Shown one piece after another: positions 40,773 through 52,700 of a stretch of 64,000 nucleotides of DNA. The notes under the pieces are model-generated. The model did not search any database and was not told the origin of the DNA. It saw only the letters and a program-made list of their open reading frames with translations. The first letter of the stretch is position 1. Every line of letters starts with the position of its first letter. Source of the stretch: the human T2T-CHM13v2.0 reference genome, Homo sapiens; assembly GCF_009914755.1 (NCBI RefSeq), contig NC_060930.1; one strand, written 5' to 3'. A program made the translations under genes and the position numbers.

Positions 40773-43700
40773 TGTGATGTGTACATTCAACTCACAGAGT
40801 GGAACTTTCCTCTTTATAGAGCAGTGTTGAAACACTCTTTTTGTAGAAACTGCAAGTGGATATTTGGACCTCTTTGAGGCCTTCGTTGGAAACGGGATTT
40901 CTTCCTATAACCCTAGACAGAAGAATTTTCAGAAACCTCATTGTGATGTGTGCGTTCATCTCACAGAGTGGAGTCTTCCGTTTGATAGAGAAGTTTTGAA
41001 ACCCTGTTCTTGTAGGATTTCCAAGTGGATATTTAGACCACTTTGAAGCCTATGATAGAAAAGGAAACATCTTCATGGAAAACATAGATAGAATCATCCT
41101 CAGAAACAACTTTGTGATGTGTGCGTTGAACTCACCGTCTTTAACCTTTCTTTTGGTAGAGAAGTTTTGAAACACTCTCTTTGTAAAGTCTACAAGTGGA
41201 TATTTTGAGCCCTTGGAGGCATTCTTTGGAAAAGGGAATGTCTTCACATAAAAGGCAGACGGAAGTGTTCTCAGAAACTGCTTTGTGATGTCTGTGTTCA
41301 ACTCACAGAGTTTAACATTTCCTTTGATAGAGCGGTTTAGTAACCCTCTCTTTGTAGAATTTGGAAGTGTATACTAAGAGCGCTTTGAGGCCTATGGTAG
41401 AAAAGGAAATATCTTTCCATAAAAGCTAGACAGAAGCAATCTCAGAAACTCCTTTGCGATGTCTGCATTCAACTCACCGAGTGGAACATTCCTCTTGAGA
41501 GAGCAGTTTGGAAACACTCTTTCTGTAGAATCAGCTTGTTTGTATTTGGACCTCCTTGAGGCCTTCGTTGGAAACGGGTTTTCATCTTATAAACCCAGAC
41601 AGAAGAATTCTCAGAGTCTTCTTTGTGATGTGTGCTTTCAACTCACCGAGATAAAGATTTCTCTTGATAGAGCAATTTGGAAACACTCTTTTTGTAGAAT
41701 TTGCAAGGGTACATTGAGAGCGCTTTCAGGCCTATGGTAGAAAAGGGAATATCTTTCCATAAAAGGTAGACAGAAGCAATCTCAGAAACTACTTTGTGAT
41801 GTGTGCATTCAACTCACCGAGTGCAACGTTCCTCTTGACCGAGCAGTTTGGAAACATTGTTTCTGTAGAATCTGCAAGTGGATATTTGGACCTCTTTGAG
41901 GCCTTCGTTGGAAACGGGATTTCTTCCTATAAACCCAGACAGAAGAATTCTCAGAGACTTCTTTGTGATGTGTGAATTCAACTCACAGTGTGGATCCTTC
42001 CTTTTGATAGAGCAGTTTTGAAACCCTGTTTTTGTAGTATTTCCAAGCGGATATTCGGAACGCCTTGAAGCGTATGGTAGAAAAGGAAATATCTTCCCAT
42101 AAAACCTAGACAGAACCAATCTCAGAAACGACTTTGTGATGTCTGCATTCAAGTCACAGAGTTGAACATTTCTCTTGATAGAGCAGTTTTGAAACCCTCT
42201 TTCTGAAGGATCTGCAAGTGGATATTTGGAACTCCTTTGGGTCTTCGTTGGAAACGGGATTTCTTCGTATAAATCTAGACAGAAGAATTCTCCGAAACTT
42301 CTTTGGTTGTGTGCATTCAAGTCACAGAGTGGAACCTTCCTTTGGATAGAGCAGTTTGAAACGCCGTGGTTGTAGTATTTCCAAGCGGATATTAGAGCGC
42401 CTTGAGGCCTATGGTAGAAAAGGAAATATCTTCCCATAAAACCTAGACGGAAGCAATCTCAGAAACTACTGTGTGATGGCTGCATTCCACACACACGGTG
42501 GAACATTTCTCTTGATAGAGCAGTTTTGAAACACTCTTTCTGTAGAATCTGCAAGTGGATAATTGGACCGCCTTGAGGCCTTCGTTGGAAACGGGATTTC
42601 TTCATGTTACTCTAGATAGAAGAATTCTCAAACACTGCTATGTGATGTTTGCATTCAAGTCACAGAGTGCAACATTCCTCTTGGTAGAGCAGTTGGGAAA
42701 CACTCCTTTTGTAGAATCTGCAATGGGATATTTGGACTTCTTTGAGGCCTTCGTTGGAAACGGGATTTCTTCGTATGAATCTAGACAGAAGAATTCTCAG
42801 AAACTTCCTTGTGATGTGTGCATTCAACTCAGCGAGTGGCACCTTCCTTTGGATACAGCAGTTTTGAAACACTGTTTTTGTAGTATTTCCAAGCGGATAT
42901 TTAGAGCGCCTTGAAGCCTATGCTAGAAATGGAAATATCTCCCCATAAAACCAAGACAGAAGCAATCTCAGAAACTAATGTGTGATGGCTGCATTCCACA
43001 CACACGGTGGACCATTTCTCTTGATAGAGCAGTTTTGAAACACTCTTTCTGTAGAATCTGCAAGTGGATAATTGGACCTCCTAGAGGCCTTCGTTGGAAA
43101 CGGGATTTCTTCATCTAAACCTACAGAGAAGAATTCTCAGTAACTTCTTCGGATGTGTGCATTCGACGCACAGAATGGAACATTCCCTTTGATAGAGCAG
43201 TTTTGAGACACCGTTTTTGTAGAATTCCCAAGTGGATATTTAGAGCACTTTGAAGTCTCTGCTAGAAAAGGAAACATCTTCATGTAAAAAGTAGATAGAA
43301 TCGTTCTCAGAAAGTGCTTAGTGACGTGTGCGTTCAACTCACAGAGTTTAACGTTTCTTTTGATAGAGCGTTTCTGAAACACCCTTCTTGTAGTAGCTGC
43401 AAGTGGATATTTGGACCTATTGGAGGCCTTCTTTGGAAATGGGATTTCTTCATGTAACTCTAGATTGAAGAGTTCTCAGAAACTCCTTTGTGATGTGTGC
43501 ATTCAATTCAAAGAGTGAAACCTCCCTTTTCACAGAGCAGTTTTGAAACACTGTTTTTGTAGGATTTCCAAGGGGATATTTATAGCGCATTGAGCCTACG
43601 GCGGAAAAAGAAACATCTTCCTATAAAAACTAGACAGAATACTTCTCAGAATCTGCTTTGCGATGTGTGCGTTCAACTCACAGAGTAAAACTTTTCTTTT

Positions 43701-46700
43701 GATAGAGCAGTTTTGAAACACTCTTTTTGTAGTATTTGCATGTGTATATTTAGAGCGCATTGAAGCCCACAGTAGAAAAGGAAATAACTTCACCTAAAAC
43801 CTAGACAGAAGCAATCTCAGAAACTACTTTGTGATGTGTACATTCAACTCACAGAGTGGAACTTTCCTCTTTATAGAGCAGTGTTGAAACACTCTTTTTG
43901 TAGAAACTGCAAGTGGATATTTGGACCTCTTTGAGGCCTTCGTTGGAAACGGGATTTCTTCCTATAACCCTAGACAGAAGAATTTTCAGAAACCTCATTG
44001 TGATGTGTGCGTTCATCTCACAGAGTGGAGTCTTCCGTTTGATAGAGAAGTTTTGAAACCCTGTTCTTGTAGGATTTCCAAGTGGATATTTAGACCACTT
44101 TGAAGCCTATGATAGAAAAGGAAACATCTTCATGGAAAACATAGATAGAATCATCCTCAGAAACAACTTTGTGATGTGTGCGTTGAACTCACCGTCTTTA
44201 ACCTTTCTTTTGGTAGAGAAGTTTTGAAACACTCTCTTTGTAAAGTCTACAAGTGGATATTTTGAGCCCTTGGAGGCATTCTTTGGAAAAGGGAATGTCT
44301 TCACATAAAAGGCAGACGGAAGTGTTCTCAGAAACTGCTTTGTGATGTCTGTGTTCAACTCACAGAGTTTAACATTTCCTTTGATAGAGCGGTTTAGTAA
44401 CCCTCTCTTTGTAGAATTTGGAAGTGTATACTAAGAGCGCTTTGAGGCCTATGGTAGAAAAGGAAATATCTTTCCATAAAAGCTAGACAGAAGCAATCTC
44501 AGAAACTCCTTTGCGATGTCTGCATTCAACTCACCGAGTGGAACATTCCTCTTGAGAGAGCAGTTTGGAAACACTCTTTCTGTAGAATCAGCTTGTTTGT
44601 ATTTGGACCTCCTTGAGGCCTTCGTTGGAAACGGGTTTTCATCTTATAAACCCAGACAGAAGAATTCTCAGAGTCTTCTTTGTGATGTGTGCTTTCAACT
44701 CACCGAGATAAAGATTTCTCTTGATAGAGCAATTTGGAAACACTCTTTTTGTAGAATTTGCAAGGGTACATTGAGAGCGCTTTCAGGCCTATGGTAGAAA
44801 AGGGAATATCTTTCCATAAAAGGTAGACAGAAGCAATCTCAGAAACTACTTTGTGATGTGTGCATTCAACTCACCGAGTGCAACGTTCCTCTTGACCGAG
44901 CAGTTTGGAAACATTGTTTCTGTAGAATCTGCAAGTGGATATTTGGACCTCTTTGAGGCCTTCGTTGGAAACGGGATTTCTTCCTATAAACCCAGACAGA
45001 AGAATTCTCAGAGACTTCTTTGTGATGTGTGAATTCAACTCACAGTGTGGATCCTTCCTTTTGATAGAGCAGTTTTGAAACCCTGTTTTTGTAGTATTTC
45101 CAAGCGGATATTTGGAACGCCTTGAAGCGTATGGTAGAAAAGGAAATATCTTCCCATAAAACCTAGACAGAACCAATCTCAGAAACGACTTTGTGATGTC
45201 TGCATTCAAGTCACAGAGTTGAACATTTCTCTTGATAGAGCAGTTTTGAAACCCTCTTTCTGAAGGATCTGCAAGTGGATATTTGGAACTCCTTTGGGTC
45301 TTCGTTGGAAACGGGATTTCTTCGTATAAATCTAGACAGAAGAATTCTCCGAAACTTCTTTGGTTGTGTGCATTCAAGTCACAGAGTGGAACCTTCCTTT
45401 GGATAGAGCAGTTTGAAACGCCGTGGTTGTAGTATTTCCAAGCGGATATTAGAGCGCCTTGAGGCCTATGGTAGAAAAGGAAATATCTTCCCATAAAACC
45501 TAGACGGAAGCAATCTCAGAAACTACTGTGTGATGGCTGCATTCCACACACACGGTGGAACATTTCTCTTGATAGAGCAGTTTTGAAACACTCTTTCTGT
45601 AGAATCTGCAAGTGGATAATTGGACCGCCTTGAGGCCTTCGTTGGAAACGGGATTTCTTCATGTTACTCTAGATAGAAGAATTCTCAAACACTGCTATGT
45701 GATGTTTGCATTCAAGTCACAGAGTGCAACATTCCTCTTGGTAGAGCAGTTGGGAAACACTCCTTTTGTAGAATCTGCAATGGGATATTTGGACTTCTTT
45801 GAGGCCTTCGTTGGAAACGGGATTTCTTCGTATGAATCTAGACAGAAGAATTCTCAGAAACTTCCTTGTGATGTGTGCATTCAACTCAGCGAGTGGCACC
45901 TTCCTTTGGATACAGCAGTTTTGAAACACTGTTTTTGTAGTATTTCCAAGCGGATATTTAGAGCGCCTTGAAGCCTATGCTAGAAATGGAAATATCTCCC
46001 CATAAAACCAAGACAGAAGCAATCTCAGAAACTAATGTGTGATGGCTGCATTCCACACACACGGTGGACCATTTCTCTTGATAGAGCAGTTTTGAAACAC
46101 TCTTTCTGTAGAATCTGCAAGTGGATAATTGGACCTCCTAGAGGCCTTCGTTGGAAACGGGATTTCTTCATCTAAACCTACAGAGAAGAATTCTCAGTAA
46201 CTTCTTCGGATGTGTGCATTCGACGCACAGAATGGAACATTCCCTTTGATAGAGCAGTTTTGAGACACCGTTTTTGTAGAATTCCCAAGTGGATATTTAG
46301 AGCACTTTGAAGTCTCTGCTAGAAAAGGAAACATCTTCATGTAAAAAGTAGATAGAATCGTTCTCAGAAAGTGCTTAGTGACGTGTGCGTTCAACTCACA
46401 GAGTTTAACGTTTCTTTTGATAGAGCGTTTCTGAAACACCCTTCTTGTAGTAGCTGCAAGTGGATATTTGGACCTATTGGAGGCCTTCTTTGGAAATGGG
46501 ATTTCTTCATGTAACTCTAGATTGAAGAGTTCTCAGAAACTCCTTTGTGATGTGTGCATTCAATTCAAAGAGTGAAACCTCCCTTTTCACAGAGCAGTTT
46601 TGAAACACTGTTTTTGTAGGATTTCCAAGGGGATATTTATAGCGCATTGAGCCTACGGCGGAAAAAGAAACATCTTCCTATAAAAACTAGACAGAATACT

Positions 46701-49700
46701 TCTCAGAATCTGCTTTGCGATGTGTGCGTTCAACTCACAGAGTAAAACTTTTCTTTTGATAGAGCAGTTTTGAAACACTCTTTTTGTAGTATTTGCATGT
46801 GTATATTTAGAGCGCATTGAAGCCCACAGTAGAAAAGGAAATAACTTCACCTAAAACCTAGACAGAAGCAATCTCAGAAACTACTTTGTGATGTGTACAT
46901 TCAACTCACAGAGTGGAACTTTCCTCTTTATAGAGCAGTGTTGAAACACTCTTTTTGTAGAAACTGCAAGTGGATATTTGGACCTCTTTGAGGCCTTCGT
47001 TGGAAACGGGATTTCTTCCTATAACCCTAGACAGAAGAATTTTCAGAAACCCCATTGTGATGTGTGCGTTCATCTCACAGAGTGGAGTCTTCCGTTTGAT
47101 AGAGAAGTTTTGAAACCCTGTTCTTGTAGGATTTCCAAGTGGATATTTAGACCACTTTGAAGCCTATGATAGAAAAGGAAACATCTTCATGGAAAACATA
47201 GATAGAATCATCCTCAGAAACAACTTTGTGATGTGTGCGTTGAACTCACCGTCTTTAACCTTTCTTTTGGTAGAGAAGTTTTGAAACACTCTCTTTGTAA
47301 AGTCTACAAGTGGATATTTTGAGCCCTTGGAGGCATTCTTTGGAAAAGGGAATGTCTTCACATAAAAGGCAGACGGAAGTGTTCTCAGAAACTGCTTTGT
47401 GATGTCTGTGTTCAACTCACAGAGTTTAACATTTCCTTTGATAGAGCGGTTTAGTAACCCTCTCTTTGTAGAATTTGGAAGTGTATACTAAGAGCGCTTT
47501 GAGGCCTATGGTAGAAAAGGAAATATCTTTCCATAAAAGCTAGACAGAAGCAATCTCAGAAACTCCTCTGTGATGTCTGCATTCAACTCACCGAGTGGAA
47601 CATTCCTCTTGAGAGAGCAGTTTGGAAACACTCTTTCTGTAGAATCAGCTTGTTTGTATTTGGACCTCCTTGAGGCCTTCGTTGGAAACGGGTTTTCATC
47701 TTATAAACCCAGACAGAAGAATTCTCAGAGTCTTCTTTGTGATGTGTGCTTTCAACTCACCGAGATAAAGATTTCTCTTGATAGAGCAATTTGGAAACAC
47801 TCTTTTTGTAGAATTTGCAAGGGTACATTGAGAGCGCTTTCAGGCCTATGGTAGAAAAGGGAATATCTTTCCATAAAAGGTAGACAGAAGCAATCTCAGA
47901 AACTACTTTGTGATGTGTGCATTCAACTCACCGAGTGCAACGTTCCTCTTGACCGAGCAGTTTGGAAACATTGTTTCTGTAGAATCTGCAAGTGGATATT
48001 TGGACCTCTTTGAGGCCTTCGTTGGAAATGGGATTTCTTCCTATAAACCCAGACAGAAGAATTCTCAGAGACTTCTTTGTGATGTGTGAATTCAACTCAC
48101 AGTGTGGATCCTTCCTTTTGATAGAGCAGTTTTGAAACCCTGTTTTTGTAGTATTTCCAAGCGGATATTCGGAACGCCTTGAAGCGTATGGTAGAAAAGG
48201 AAATATCTTCCCATAAAACCTAGACAGAACCAATCTCAGAAACGACTTTGTGATGTCTGCATTCAAGTCACAGAGTTGAACATTTCTCTTGATAGAGCAG
48301 TTTTGAAACCCTCTTTCTGAAGGATCTGCAAGTGGATATTTGGAACTCCTTTGGGTCTTCGTTGGAAACGGGATTTCTTCGTATAAATCTAGACAGAAGA
48401 ATTCTCCGAAACTTCTTTGGTTGTGTGCATTCAAGTCACAGAGTGGAACCTTCCTTTGGATAGAGCAGTTTGAAACGCCGTGGTTGTAGTATTTCCAAGC
48501 GGATATTAGAGCGCCTTGAGGCCTATGGTAGAAAAGGAAATATCTTCCCATAAAACCTAGACGGAAGCAATCTCAGAAACTACTGTGTGATGGCTGCATT
48601 CCACACACACGGTGGAACATTTCTCTTGATAGAGCAGTTTTGAAACACTCTTTCTGTAGAATCTGCAAGTGGATAATTGGACCGCCTTGAGGCCTTCGTT
48701 GGAAACGGGATTTCTTCATGTTACTCTAGATAGAAGAATTCTCAAACACTGCTATGTGATGTTTGCATTCAAGTCACAGAGTGCAACATTCCTCTTGGTA
48801 GAGCAGTTGGGAAACACTCCTTTTGTAGAATCTGCAATGGGATATTTGGACTTCTTTGAGGCCTTCGTTGGAAACGGGATTTCTTCGTATGAATCTAGAC
48901 AGAAGAATTCTCAGAAACTTCCTTGTGATGTGTGCATTCAACTCAGCGAGTGGCACCTTCCTTTGGATACAGCAGTTTTGAAACACTGTTTTTGTAGTAT
49001 TTCCAAGCGGATATTTAGAGCGCCTTGAAGCCTATGCTAGAAATGGAAATATCTCCCCATAAAACCAAGACAGAAGCAATCTCAGAAACTAATGTGTGAT
49101 GGCTGCATTCCACACACACGGTGGACCATTTCTCTTGATAGAGCAGTTTTGAAACACTCTTTCTGTAGAATCTGCAAGTGGATAATTGGACCTCCTAGAG
49201 GCCTTCGTTGGAAACGGGATTTCTTCATCTAAACCTACAGAGAAGAATTCTCAGTAACTTCTTCGGATGTGTGCATTCGACGCACAGAATGGAACATTCC
49301 CTTTGATAGAGCAGTTTTGAGACACCGTTTTTGTAGAATTCCCAAGTGGATATTTAGAGCACTTTGAAGTCTCTGCTAGAAAAGGAAACATCATCATGTA
49401 AAAAGTAGATAGAATCGTTCTCAGAAAGTGCTTAGTGTCGTGTGCGTTCAACTCACAGAGTTTAACGTTTCTTTTGATAGAGCGTTTCTGAAACACCCTT
49501 CTTGTAGTAGCTGCAAGTGGATATTTGGACCTATTGGAGGCCTTCTTTGGAAACGGGATTTCTTCATGTAACTCTAGATTGAAGAATTCTCAGAAACTCC
49601 TTTGTGATGTGTGCATTCAATTCAAAGAGTGAAACCTCTCTTTTCACAGAGCAGTTTTGAAACACTGTTTTTGTAGGATTTCCAAGGGGATATTTATAGC

Positions 49701-52700
49701 GCATTGAGCCTACGGCGGAAAAAGAAACATCTTCCTATAAAAACTAGACAGAATACTTCTCAGAATCTGCTTTGCGATGTGTGCGTTCAACTCACAGAGT
49801 AAAACTTTTCTTTTGATAGAGCAGTTTTGAAACACTCTTTTTGTAGTATTTGCATGTGTATATTTAGAGCGCATTGAAGCCCACAGTAGAAAAGGAAATA
49901 ACTTCACCTAAAACCTAGACAGAAGCAATCTCAGAAACTACTTTGTGATGTGTACATTCAACTCACAGAGTGGAACTTTCCTCTTTATAGAGCAGTGTTG
50001 AAACACTCTTTTTGTAGAAACTGCAAGTGGATATTTGGACCTCTTTGAGGCCTTCGTTGGAAACGGGATTTCTTCCTATAACCCTAGACAGAAGAATTTT
50101 CAGAAACCTCATTGTGATGTGTGCGTTCATCTCACAGAGTGGAGTCTTCCGTTTGATAGAGAAGTTTTGAAACCCTGTTCTTGTAGGATTTCCAAGTGGA
50201 TATTTAGACCACTTTGAAGCCTATGATAGAAAAGGAAACATCTTCATGGAAAACATAGATAGAATCATCCTCAGAAACAACTTTGTGATGTGTGCGTTGA
50301 ACTCACCGTCTTTAACCTTTCTTTTGGTAGAGAAGTTTTGAAACACTCTCTTTGTAAAGTCTACAAGTGGATATTTTGAGCCCTTGGAGGCATTCTTTGG
50401 AAAAGGGAATGTCTTCACATAAAAGGCAGACGGAAGTGTTCTCAGAAACTGCTTTGTGATGTCTGTGTTCAACTCACAGAGTTTAACATTTCCTTTGATA
50501 GAGCGGTTTAGTAACCCTCTCTTTGTAGAATTTGGAAGTGTATACTAAGAGCGCTTTGAGGCCTATGGTAGAAAAGGAAATATCTTTCCATAAAAGCTAG
50601 ACAGAAGCAATCTCAGAAACTCCTTTGCGATGTCTGCATTCAACTCACCGAGTGGAACATTCCTCTTGAGAGAGCAGTTTGGAAACACTCTTTCTGTAGA
50701 ATCAGCTTGTTTGTATTTGGACCTCCTTGAGGCCTTCGTTGGAAACGGGTTTTCATCTTATAAACCCAGACAGAAGAATTCTCAGAGTCTTCTTTGTGAT
50801 GTGTGCTTTCAACTCACCGAGATAAAGATTTCTCTTGATAGAGCAATTTGGAAACACTCTTTTTGTAGAATTTGCAAGGGTACATTGAGAGCGCTTTCAG
50901 GCCTATGGTAGAAAAGGGAATATCTTTCCATAAAAGGTAGACAGAAGCAATCTCAGAAACTACTTTGTGATGTGTGCATTCAACTCACCGAGTGCAAAGT
51001 TCCTCTTGACCGAGCAGTTTGGAAACATTGTTTCTGTAGAATCTGCAAGTGGATATTTGGACCTCTTTGAGGCCTTCGTTGGAAACGGGATTTCTTCCTA
51101 TAAACCCAGACAGAAGAATTCTCAGAGACTTCTTTGTGATGTGTGAATTCAACTCACAGTGTGGATCCTTCCTTTTGATAGAGCAGTTTTGAAACCCTGT
51201 TTTTGTAGTATTTCCAAGCGGATATTTGGAACGCCTTGAAGCGTATGGTAGAAAAGGAAATATCTTCCCATAAAACCTAGACAGAACCAATCTCAGAAAC
51301 GACTTTGTGATGTCTGCATTCAAGTCACAGAGTTGAACATTTCTCTTGATAGAGCAGTTTTGAAACCCTCTTTCTGAAGGATCTGCAAGTGGATATTTGG
51401 AACTCCTTTGGGTCTTCGTTGGAAACGGGATTTCTTCGTATAAATCTAGACAGAAGAATTCTCCGAAACTTCTTTGGTTGTGTGCATTCAAGTCACAGAG
51501 TGGAACCTTCCTTTGGATAGAGCAGTTTGAAACGCCGTGGTTGTAGTATTTCCAAGCGGATATTAGAGCGCCTTGAGGCCTATGGTAGAAAAGGAAATAT
51601 CTTCCCATAAAACCTAGACGGAAGCAATCTCAGAAACTACTGTGTGATGGCTGCATTCCACACACACGGTGGAACATTTCTCTTGATAGAGCAGTTTTGA
51701 AACACTCTTTCTGTAGAATCTGCAAGTGGATAATTGGACCGCCTTGAGGCCTTCGTTGGAAACGGGATTTCTTCATGTTACTCTAGATAGAAGAATTCTC
51801 AAACACTGCTATGTGATGTTTGCATTCAAGTCACAGAGTGCAACATTCCTCTTGGTAGAGCAGTTGGGAAACACTCCTTTTGTAGAATCTGCAATGGGAT
51901 ATTTGGACTTCTTTGAGGCCTTCGTTGGAAACGGGATTTCTTCGTATGAATCTAGACAGAAGAATTCTCAGAAACTTCCTTGTGATGTGTGCATTCAACT
52001 CAGCGAGTGGCACCTTCCTTTGGATACAGCAGTTTTGAAACACTGTTTTTGTAGTATTTCCAAGCGGATATTTAGAGCGCCTTGAAGCCTATGCTAGAAA
52101 TGGAAATATCTCCCCATAAAACCAAGACGGAAGCAATCTCAGAAACTAATGTGTGATGGCTGCATTCCACACACACGGTGGACCATTTCTCTTGATAGAG
52201 CAGTTTTGAAACACTCTTTCTGTAGAATCTGCAAGTGGATAATTGGACCTCCGAGAGGCCTTCGTTGGAAACGGGATTTCTTCATCTAAACCTACAGAGA
52301 AGAATTCTCAGTAACTTCTTCGGATGTGTGCATTCGACGCACAGAATGGAACATTCCCTTTGATAGAGCAGTTTTGAGACACCGTTTTTGTAGAATTCCC
52401 AAGTGGATATTTAGAGCACTTTGAAGTCTCTGCTAGAAAAGGAAACATCATCATGTAAAAAGTAGATAGAATCGTTCTCAGAAAGTGCTTAGTGTCGTGT
52501 GCGTTCAACTCACAGAGTTTAACGTTTCTTTTGATAGAGCGTTTCTGAAACACCCTTCTTGTAGTAGCTGCAAGTGGATATTTGGACCTATTGGAGGCCT
52601 TCTTTGGAAATGGGATTTCTTCATGTAACTCTAGATTGAAGAATTCTCAGAAACTCCTTTGTGATGTGTGCATTCAATTCAAAGAGTGAAACCTCCCTTT

